From: the human T2T-CHM13v2.0 reference genome, Homo sapiens
Reading direction: 5' to 3' (one strand)
Assembly: GCF_009914755.1 (NCBI RefSeq)
Contig: NC_060934.1
Length of the DNA stretch: 64,000 nucleotides
The notes beneath the pieces were generated by a model that saw only the letters and a program-made list of their open reading frames with translations, had not been told where the DNA came from and did not search any database. The position numbers and the translations under genes are program-made. Positions 52,531 to 64,000 of this stretch are shown here, in pieces. Every line of letters begins with the position of its first letter. Within the stretch, counting starts at the first letter, position 1.

Positions 52531-55500
52531 TCCTTCTGGCTGTTTGTTAGGCTGGAAAGAGGGGAGCCAAGTTCTTTAGGGAAAATTATTTTGTTTTTCC
52601 TTATCTCCTTTCTCTTCTCTTCAGGAATGGTACTAGATATTTTGAACTAAAATAGCTCAGATTGGGGGGAAATGGCCCAGCGACTGTATTTCATCTTTCT
52701 GGTCCCAAGAGGACGCTGGAATGGAGAGTCGTGCGTGAGTGTGTGCGCGCGCGTGAGGGTGTGTAAGTAAAATGCCAAAAATTAAACCACCCTTCATGGT
52801 GCCCCTGAAACCAACCAGTGGAAAGGGAGGTGACAGTTTGTAAACAACATGTTTTACTTTGCCCTGAAAGTGTAGACACTTTTCAAGAAGGCCTTTTCGA
52901 AGAGTTTAGCTACGCAACCGTTTTCCATTAATGTTACCATCTTGTGACTCGGGTGACCTGTGCGACTTGGGTCGTGAATTCTCAGGTCGGCCTTCCCAAT
53001 GCTTGAGAAGGTTGGGGGTGGTTAATAAGCCCCGAGAGGCTCTTTCAGCCCGTTTGAGGAACATACAAGTAAAAACAGTGATGCTTTGTATTGTTTGTTC
53101 TTTTGAGATTTCGTGTGACCGTTTAAGGCCTAGAATGTTGGTTTATTTGAAGGATCTCTGCTCTCCTAAGGGTTTACCCAGTTTGTAATGAAGTCTTCAA
53201 AACTAGTTTAATAAGTGTAGGAAAGTGAATGATGCGCACCTCTGCGAAACTGACAACACTAAATAAATACACGCAAGTACAGCAAAATTTACCCTTATGG
53301 AACACAGCAGAGGTTTTCTGCTGCTCCGCTGATGCTTTGAGTCCTGTAAATTTAATAAAACTTAGTAACAGAAAGAACCAGTGATGGGTGTAAATGGAAG
53401 TAAATAGCAGTTAAGTATTTATTGTTTTGAAGACTGATTTATCTAATAGAAAGAATTGTGAAAATTCAAGTTTAACATTAGAAAACGCTGGTATCATATT
53501 TCAGAACAAAATGGTTCCCTATGTTGACTGGTGGAATACTGAGTCTCACTTGTGACAACTTTTTGCTTTAATTGGATATTTTATATAACTTTCAACTACA
53601 AACAGTTTCCAACTATTCCAAAATGAAAATATTTCATATTATTATTCTTTTCTATTGTTTTGCAAATTATTCAGCCAATACTAAATATGATTGACAATTT
53701 ATGTACATCAATACTTAAAATTTCTCTTTATTCCTTAATATAAATGTAAAGCAACAGAGAAAAACTATTTAAAATTTAAAGTTTACTTAGTGAAAAATCC
53801 AATTTGGCCAATTATTAATTTGGAAACATCTGATGTGCTTCGTACGGAGCCAGTGTCTTGCGGCTTGAAATCAGGCTGCATATGAAGTTAATTGAAATTG
53901 CTTCGGTATTGTAATTACCCTGCACTTTTCTATTATTTACTTTTAAGTAGAAGAAAACTGGGAACTTTATATTCACAGAAAAGTCTTTGTAGAAGGGCAT
54001 CTGATTATGAAATACTGCCAGGTTGAAAATAAATATCATTTTATGGAAATGGATCATTTAAAGTATATTTTATTTGCCTCACATAATAAATAATTTACCC
54101 TCTAAATTCATCCCCCATTTTGAAAATCCCATCTTTGGAATATCTAATTTTAAAAGAAAAGACTCAGCTTTTCAAAGATGGCCCCTTCTACTTGAAGGGC
54201 AGGATGGAGACCTCAAGAAGCGCCTCATGGCTTTGCTTGCTTTACATTGGTGACGGATCAGTGTTCAGGGACCAGGTCCCAGGGCTGTGAATGTGCCCAT
54301 AGGATTTGATGTTTGCACACTGACGTTTCAGTCTTTCTTTACAAGGATGATTTGGAGCTTGTGCTCTCCTTAGTACCCACTGAAATTCCGCTGGAACCAG
54401 ATATAATGTCGCAAACGCTTTGTAGGTCCATCTTCAATGCGCCGAAATTTGAGCAGGTTATTTTGAAACTGCATTTGCATAAGTCCATCTGAGCAAACAT
54501 TTTTATGGAGTTATGAGGTGTGGTTTGCATCAGCCATCTTTGAGAAAATATAGTGGAGCTACTGTGCTCGGCTGCAAAACAAGTTGTCTGCCTGTTGATT
54601 TGGGGAATTTTGTGAGCTACAGCTTTGGATGAAATTCTCCTCTGGTGGAACACATATTAAATATTATTAGAGAACCTCTATTTTTTCTAGTTATTTTAGT
54701 GAGGTCGTTATGTAACTGGTAAGAGGAGAAGTTTTGATTGCTTTCAAAATGATGGCGACATCAATCTTCTTCATGTTGCATAGTGCGTTTGAAGATTACA
54801 AACATTTTTCCACTTACTGTCTATGTTTACTGATTTTTATTAGTAATGGCTTTTATTTTAGATCAAAGTCAATGACTTTGGAAAAACCATAGTAACAATT
54901 ATAATAAAAATCAGTTCCTGTTCACGTTATATTTGGTGTTTAGAGAACTGCCGTATACTACATTTACAAAGATAAACACATGAAGCGTGATGACTAATAA
55001 TGAGACTGATTTTGTTTGTTTTATGGACCCAGTCTTAGTACTTATGAAGATTGCATCTAGAGTTAATTTCTCTGGAGTACAATGATTTCATTTCCTTGTC
55101 ATTGTATTTTTAGCTTCCATTAAGAATCATCCATACCTTTTCTGCTCTTGTTTACTGTAAAGATTATCAGCCATGTATAGACACAGATAATTAATATTTT
55201 ATAAGATTTTTATTTTAAATATGCATTCTCCAAATTGGCTAATATAGAGGCATTATTGTATATAAAACACGATTTAGGCTATTTAGGAAACAAGAAATAT
55301 AAATAATACCCTAAGAGGAGATTTGGGATAAGTTAGGAAATCAGAATAATTTGAGAACTTAACAAATATATATTTTTTCCATACTAGCAGAAATAAGAAA
55401 ACATTGACATTCTGGTGAATGTTTTATAAGGATTTATCTCCTCCAACATTTACAATGTTTTATTTTTAAAATTATTTTGTTTTAATCGTGAGCTTTAAAG

Positions 55501-58500
55501 TCAAACCTAATCCTTTATTTATAAGAAGTTATTTATTAACCTTGATGAACGTCAGAAATTTAAGTTTTAGGTTGCCAGTTTTAAAGCACTCATTAGAATG
55601 AAAACAGAGCCACTCAATTCCGTGTGAAATGTTGAAGTTAGCTGTCAGATGGAACCACGAAGTATACCACTAGCCATGGAGGAAAGAAACCAAACACGTG
55701 CACCCCTCTTATGAAGTGAATGTAGAGGTGATTTTCCTAACTTATTTGATTTGCAGCAAAATATTCCTGGGTAATGCGTGGCATCAGGTTGCATATTTAA
55801 TTTGAGTATAGATGACACTTTTTTCTGTATTATTTTTTAAGCAGTGAATAAAAATAATTATAAACAATAGAAAAAGTTTTGGTTTAGCATTTGATGGCTA
55901 GTGTTACCTGCGTGTAAATGCTTGTAGTTAATGAAAACATGAATCCAGCTTTGATCTCTTTGATCTATAGTCTTCCGTATAGCATTAGAACACTGGCTGT
56001 CTATATTTTCAGAGCAAAGTGCTCCCCTCACTCGGAATAGAAAATGTTGTAAGTAGCAACTCCGATTTACAGACTCTAATTTTACAGACATTCTGCAGAA
56101 GGATCTCCGTGTAACTGTTAGGGAGTCATTCGCAGGCAAGTTGTGTATGATGTTCACCCACTTTGATGGGTATGCTGACAATTACATCCAGAGTCAGAGA
56201 GAAGAAATAAGAATTTGCTAAAAAGGGACATTCCCTTTCATTCATACTTGGTCCTTTCTGGAAAGAGGATGGAATTTCTAACATCTGTGCCAGTTAACAT
56301 CAGTTTGAGCCCAATTTTAGGGGAAATAGGAATACACTTGTAGAAGGAATTTTGAAAATTTTAAATACCATCTTAAACTGCACATAAGACAAGCATTCAG
56401 CAGGGAAAACATCTGAGAGGATTAAGCCTTTACCTCAACAGGGAAGAAAAGGGGGGGTGCTATTTTCTTAGCAGCCTGAATGATTCTTTTGCTTATCTAG
56501 AAAGCTTTCCAAAGTTTTATCAGAAAAAGAAATTTTGCTTGAGGGTTTGTTGTGATAAGTATTTTTAGATAGTATGTATAATCATTTAGTTGTGAATTTT
56601 TCTCAAATTGCCAAAGAGATCAGTATTATGAAATGTAGTACATTATTCCCATTAGTCACAGTAAAGGACTATGCATATGGTGCACACAGAGCTGTTCTAA
56701 TGCCAGTGCTGTAGGGGGGAAAAGAAGAAGAAGAAGAATTTGATCACCCTTTTTATTTTTCTATCCATGTATTCTTTTGCTACCTCCTTCGCAGTTTATC
56801 TAATTAATAATTTAAAAAGCCCAAATCTGTCCATTGGAATGTGAACTCTGATCTGTTAAGATCTCTTTGCCAGTCCTAATAGTCACCAGGGGGCAGAAAA
56901 AAACCAACCAGGATTGACTCACAGTGAAATGATTCCACATTATCCAGTTTCTTTCTTTCCTTCTGATTTATTTATTTATTTATATATTTATTTATTTATT
57001 TTTGTGGCTTTAAGTTCTTGACTCCAGTTTAAACTAATATTCTTCCCCGCCCACAACAGCCGGTCCTCAAGTGAACAAATTGGTATAGCTCAATTCACAG
57101 GTTTGATAAACAAGAATACACAAAATGTTGGGAACTGGGGTTTAATCAAGGGATAGAAATTAAAATGGACTGAACTAAATATAGAAAGTAAGAATTGAGG
57201 AAGCTTGAGATACTGGAGTTAAAACCCAAAAGAGAAGTTCAGAAGTAGGACACCCCTCTCCCTTCATCTGTCCTGGTCTCCCTGCCAGACAAAAGCTTGA
57301 ATGGTCTCCTACACCACAAAATCCTACTTAATCTGATTTTTATTTCCTGCCACAGTGATTATTTAATTGGGGATGGTCTAAATGATATTATTTGGTATAT
57401 TTTAACAGGGAAAATTGCTGTGGATCTGCAGCTAGTGTGAGTGACTGGTAGCTGCGTTTAGAGTGTTGAAAAGTTTTGCATTAAGTAAAATGATCCATAT
57501 TACAGAATCATGGCAAAGATGGTAATTAGTGGTTTGCAGAAAGGAGCACACGGCAGTTCCCTTTCTGTTTAAAGAACCTGGCTGGATCTTGAGAATATGC
57601 GTGTTATCCTGGATGCCTAATACTGCATGTTCCCACCAGTGAGTAGACTGGCAGATTCTGATCCTAATTAAGAAGACATGTTTTTGAATCAGGAATGTGA
57701 ATTTGGTTTGCAACACCACCACGGGGGTATTGTTGGTGAGCTGATAGTTTGACTGGCTCCATGGGTGGTCACTGTTTAAATTCCACCCAACTAAAGAGCT
57801 GTACAAGATTTTAGTCTTCAAAGTTTACACACAGCAAGTGTGGGGAGAAGTTATCACTGCCAGCTGTTGGGGGAGGAAGTGAAAGTGAGGAGGACCCCTC
57901 CCCCCAAATAACTTGTGTGTGTTTTGGATATGTTGCATATATCCATCTAATATGATAAACTCTTTACCGCGGTGGAAGTTACAGTCAAGTTGATTGATCT
58001 TCCTCTTCCCCACAACTCCTGATGGATTTTATAAGATAAGTAAGTCCCCTGATGGTTTCTAAGGCAACTTTTCCAACTTGCTGACAGCAGATCTGTAGGG
58101 GAGATGGCACATATTGGTGCTGATGTACTTTATGGGCAAAAAGGGAGCAGTTAAGCAACTTGCATGAGGATGTGTTCATAACTCACAGCTCAGTTGGACA
58201 AATCAATCTTTCCATGTGTTCAGAAACAAAAGGCAGGGGGGTCATGCATGTGTTTGGGAGTGGTTATCACCCCATGAAGATAGTTTCCACGCCAATTTTG
58301 CCTTCTTTAATGTGGTATTTGCTTTAAGGCTGTACCAGGGCCACTTGCTTCTGCCTTTTCTTTGCACCTGCTTTCTCTTGATCACACTAATGACCCATCA
58401 GTTCTCAGTTACCACTTCCCACTCTGACCCAAACCTGGAAACCTCCAATTGCTGCTGTCTGGACATCTTAAATACTTTTTGGTTTTGCAACTTGTCTGTG

Positions 58501-59719
58501 GACTCCTTCCCGAATATGTTTTTAAGTTTTGTTAGGCCTGCCCTTCAACCTGCCCTCCAGTGTCAGGAGTAGACTAGGTAATATATATTTTAAAGATGCA
58601 TTGGTTTCACTAAATCTCCTCCTTTGGTTTATTTTGAATTAATTATTGAACAGAATGATTTAAGATCAGTCTGATATTTTCAGGTGTAAAATGAGCATCT
58701 TTGCTCTAAGTTAATTACTGGGCTTCTGTCGAGGAGTGCCACAGAGGAAAAAACTCTGGACTGGGAGTCAGTGACCTGGACAAGCCAATTAACCTTTCTA
58801 ATCTAGCCTCTCCAGGGATTGGAAATGATCAATTGCAGTTTCTTCCAAGAATAAAATTAGGTGGCTCTTGTGCAAATCTTAGCAAAATTGTGGAGTGATA
58901 CCCAATGTAGAATGCCTCCCTCCATCTACTTCCTCCATCACCTGATACGGAATATGTCCCACATCAATTAAATTTAGCCATGGACACAGGTACATATTTG
59001 TGACACTGATCACCCATGAATACAACAATAACCACAAAAAGAGAATGAAATACTTTCTCTAGCATTCACAAAGAATATTTGGATCAGTGACATAATTTTA
59101 AAAGTCAGAAAAATAAACACTAATGTCAGTGAACAGGAAAAGGTTTTATACTGTTCTTCAATCTCTAAAAATGTTTTTGGTATAAGAATAATTTTTTGGA
59201 ATGTTAAAGTAAGTACTTTAACATTTACTTTAACAAACTGAAAGTAGCACTTTCAGCTTGGGAGACAGAGATAATAATTTTCATGTGTCTGAATTGGATT
59301 GTGTTAAACACAGGCCAACAGGAGTGTGTTTGGTGACATCGATGGTTTCAGAGTCAGAGAATGTAAACATAGGACCCACAAACGTTTTACAGGAGCACGG
59401 CTGTGGCTACTGCAGGGACTCCTGAACCGTGACGCACAGTCAGTTGGCCGCAGAGACCAGCCTGGAGCTCGCCCTAAAACCTCTTTGCAGCCTTGCAGAT
59501 GTCATAGTTGTCCCAAAGCTGGGCCTCATGCTTCCGTGTAGCCTCACTGAATCAGGAGACCGAGTGTTTCCAGAGCCAGGATGTGGGCGCTGTGGGGCCA
59601 GTGCTGCATCCTCCTGCGCTGGCAATAGCAGAGTTGTGGAGAAACTTTATTTGGTATTTGAAATGATCAATATTTTAACCTTCTGCATAAAAAGAGAGAG
59701 AAGTCTGTGATTAAATCTT

Positions 59720-60190
59720 GATTTAAAGTCTTCAAATATGTACATACATGAGGATGAACATAAGCATATTTATTTCAACACTGTCTAGAAAAGTGAAAAT
59801 TAGAAACCACTTAAATGTTTCTCAGTTGGAAACATAAACCATGTGTAGGTATAAGGTCATGTACTACTCAGCCATTAGAATGATGCTGCTATTTTGCATT
59901 GATTGATATGGAAGGAGAACCATATAATATTAACTAAAAAAATTACAAACAGCATGTATGCAAAGATCTCATGTTTGTTTTTGAAAAGATGTGTATGAGT
60001 GTGTGCTGGTGCCTGCCAGCCTTAAAAAACATCTGAAGAACAAATGTAAAGAACATTAACAGTAGTTCTAACTCTGGGTGGGGCAATAAGACTGGTTTGT
60101 CTTTTTTTCTTCCTTTTTAATATGGTCTATTTTTTTAAAATTCAGTGAGCATGTATTACTTTTACAATAAAAGAAAACAATAAAACTATT
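59720..60190 (+). mobile_element. Old L1ME-like 3' end
   Basis: aaaattagaaaccacttaaatgtttctcagttgg...tactactcagccatt...ctctgggtgggg...tttacaataaaa. Confidence 0.6.
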
Positions 60191-61300
60191 TTTTTCTTTA
60201 TCTATTTCTTTTCCTAACCGTCTGTACCTGCGAGTATTTCATTTTTAAAAACAACAACAGAAGGAGTAGACATTTCACATTGGTATTGCACTGTCTTGAA
60301 GACTGAGCTGCCCTTTAGCATCTTACATTTTAGTCCTGGAAGGTAGCTGAGAGCTGTTTTAGCCCAGCCTTCCTGTTTTTCTAGGTAAGACAAATGAGCA
60401 TCAGAGAAGTCAAGTGAATTGTTGAAGGTCACACAGCGAGGGAGTCATCAGGCTGTGATGAGAATCCCTGTATTTCTGTCTTATATTTTCTGCTAAGCCA
60501 CCATTTTGTCATCCTGGGAATGGAGGAGAGAGAAATGGAGGCATTCATAAATTAACCGTGTATGTACCAGCCTTAGTCTACTCACTTCCCCTAAGAGGGT
60601 TGAGAAAAGCATCCTTGGTTGTGTTATCTCCTCTCACCCCATCCTGCTCACCCACCCACACGGGACTTTTATGGGAGTGGCAGTAGACTGGGTCTCTCCT
60701 GGGCATCTCATGCTCTGTTCCTTCCTGCCAAACAGAAGCCAACCATCACATTTTCTTCTCTGCTCTTCTTTGTTCAAGGTTACTCTTTTTCCCCAGATCC
60801 TTAATAGAGGAAAAACCCAGTACCTACCTTCCTTTCATACCCAGAAACGTCCTCTTAACACCTTCAAGCTGTGGTTTAAAGATGAACCTTTTGAGATGTA
60901 AAAGCATAACTAATATTTAAAGGAAACAAAACACATTTTACTTCTTACTCCCAAGCCAGTTATAGGAATGCCCATTATTATTTCTGCCACCCCAATTCCC
61001 ACTCTGCTTCAAATTTGTTTCAACCAAGGATATAATTTGGACTGTATTTTTAAAAAGTAAACCTTGCTTTGCGGGGACTATATTTGCATTCTTGCTTGCC
61101 CTTGAGTGTGCTCTCTCTTGCTTTTTCTTTTCCTGAACTATTTGAAAGTAATTTGCATAACTATAATTTTGTTATCATAGCTCAGGAAATTAGTCTTATT
61201 TAATTTTTTTCTAATAAACACTAGGTTTTTAACTTTCATTTGTCAGATAATCTCTCATATAGCTGATTTTTTTTTTTTGCATTTGTTTATAATGTCTTTC

Positions 61301-61641
<341 letters not shown>

Positions 61642-63753
61642 TGAAGATTACAGGCTAGTTGTCTTGGAGAATGAACCATGATATGGCTGTGACTGTTGTT
61701 TCTTCATGACCAGATCCAGGTTAAACATTTTGGCAAAGATAGGCTAAGAGTTTGACCCCTTGTTTAACATGGCGGCCACCGGATTGCTCCATTGTAGACA
61801 GACATTTTTCTGTTTGTGATAAGTAGTAAGTTGTCTGCAGAGGTGCTACCATGAGACCCTCTGAATATCTATGTTCCAACAGACTTTCATCTGGTGGCTT
61901 TGTCTTTTAATTTGATTAAATATTTAAGGAGCAATTGTAATGAAATATGTGGATCACTTTAGAATGCATGAGTTTGGACACACAGTTTATATCAAACAGC
62001 CTTGCAAATATGTTTGCGTTGTATCACCCCATAGATATTATCTAGAGCCTCTGGATTTTTCTAGTCCTGACTTCATAGGACTTGATCCATGGGTCAGCTA
62101 CTTCCCATTTAACTCTATAAGAGACATTCCATCTCTTGAGTTGCAGTGCTTTTAATGTCCATTTTAATGCTAATGGAAATAAGTGGATACTGATGTAATT
62201 TGTACTGCTCATCAGATTTTTTTGGGTATCCTCTTGAAGTTATGTTGGTTCTTTGCAGAAGCCTTTTAACTCTGTTTTCAAAATCACTGTATGAAGCAGG
62301 CTTTAAAAATGACTGATGACTTGCCCTGGTGCCTAAACTGGGTGAGTCTTGGGGCTGGTCAGTGACTAGCAGTTTGTTCATGTTTTTTAGATTTAAGTTA
62401 CACAGCTATTTTTGCCTGTTCCACTTTGGTACTCCTATTTTCATACACAAAATATGTATGGGTGAAAAAGGTGGTGTGGAGTAGTGAAAAGGAGCAGGAG
62501 CAGGCATGATCTATGTTCTGGATTCAGCTTTGCCACTACTAACCCTGAGCATCAGTGTTCTTATCTGTTAAAGGAAGCAGTAATAATAAAGTGAATAACA
62601 ACTAACTCGTACAGAGTGCTTTCTGTGTGCCAGCCACTATTCTAAACAGTTGAGGTATTTTCAATCCATTTACTTCAACAATAATCCTGTGAGGTAAGTG
62701 TTGTTATTCTCCCCATCATGCAGATGAGGAAACTGAGGCACAACCTTACTAGGACCCAGGAAAGCTAAGAAAAATAGTATTTATGAAAACATGGTGGAAT
62801 GGGGCTTGGAATAAAGAATGTTATACTAATTCAAGCAATCCTGTCTTCTCTGTGTAAATATCTGTTTCCTTAATTTATAGAAAATCCATCACTTACAAGA
62901 AAATATTATAGAAAAAAATGACTAAAATAAATCTGAAAGTAGGTCAAATTTAAGACAAACTAAGCAATCCAATTAAAACTTTTTTTTCCTGTTTCCGTCC
63001 CCCACCCCCGCCCTTTTTTTTCCCCTTAAAACTTTAAGTACAGCTTTGGTTTAAAGTGAAATCTATATCCCAATTTAAATTCCATGAACAAATCTGACTC
63101 TGGCATTTGATTCACTGTCTTACTCTGCTTGTTATGCATGTTAAACAAGACCTAAATTTGATGCTCACAGAGAGCACATAAACACTTATAATCCTCTCAG
63201 CATGTGCTAAAATAATAACAGACACGATAGTTTGATTTGCAAAGTGTGTCTGCCAACTTCCACCAGACCATTTTTGAACCAATTCAGAAAACCAGGATTC
63301 TGCAATGATTAAAGTGTCCAAGGCTCCTATTCATAGCAAAAGGAATTCCTGACTTGAAACAAGTACACATGAAGCTCAGCTAGTCTCTGCCAGACATACT
63401 TTTTGAACCATCTTTGCAGACATTGTTACAAGTGTTCTTTTGCTTTAAGAAACCATGGTCTGTAACAACCAGACTGAACAGAATCCATAAACTGGGGAAG
63501 GATTGTGCCTTTTGATCTGCGACAGGGTTTACAGTAAAAATCCTTTAAACCATGAGTTTCTCAGTGTATTTCAAATAGCAATTCAAAAATGCTAACAATT
63601 CAGAGGTCTAATAATAAAATTTAAAACTTTTTTTGGTCTTTTTTTTTTTCAATTTTAAGAGGTATAATTGAAGTGTGGTAAGCTGCACATGTTTAAAGCA
63701 TCCATCAGGATCCATTAAACCATTAAACAATTGAGATAATAATAAACATTGTT

Positions 63754-64000
63754 GGCTGGGTGTGGTGGCTCACGCCTATAATCCCAGCACTTTGGGAGGC
63801 CGAGGCACGTGGATCACCTGTGGTCAGGAGTTCGAGACCAGCCTGGCCAACATGGTGAAACTCCATCTTTACTAAAAATACAAAAAATTTGCCGGGCGTG
63901 GTGGTGGGCGCCTGAAATCCCAGCTACTCTGGAGGCTGAGGCAGGAGAATCGTTTGAACTCGGGAGGCAGAGGTTACAACAGTGAGCTGTGGAGATAGCG
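63754..64000 (+). mobile_element. Alu (cut by window end)
   Basis: ggctgggtgtggtggctcacgcc... Confidence 0.93.

Noticed and set aside
52647-52655. MEF2-like CTAAAATAG near RBM20 exon 1
   Set aside because: One A/T short of the CTA(A/T)4TAG consensus.

Overview
Human genomic DNA, recognisable as chr10q25.2. Bases 819-~12390 hold the last 12 coding exons (18-29) and the 3' UTR of the cohesin gene SMC3 (+ strand). The spliced exons read in one frame to the known C-terminus (...DDTTHG*). About 38 kb of repeat-rich intergenic DNA follows, with Alu, L1, MIR, THE1/MST/MLT LTRs and a Y1-RNA retrocopy. A CpG island then carries exon 1 of the cardiac splicing regulator RBM20 (+ strand, ATG 52189), followed by the first ~11.6 kb of its intron 1. 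The most unusual feature is SMC3 intron 19 (4307-5893), a minor-spliceosome (U12-type) intron with rare AT...AT termini. It sits next to a frameshifting tandem donor and an acceptor with no pyrimidine tract, which together look like a splicing-regulated bottleneck. Also notable are a complex rearrangement scar at ~41-44.4 kb (fused inverted Alus, a dispersed 194-bp duplication, a 111-bp tandem duplication) and a composite minisatellite at 25.3 kb. I found no evidence of a new protein-coding system; almost all ORFs outside the exons are Alu/L1 or high-GC artefacts. Repeat subfamily names come from recalled consensus sequences, not from a search, and their boundaries are approximate.
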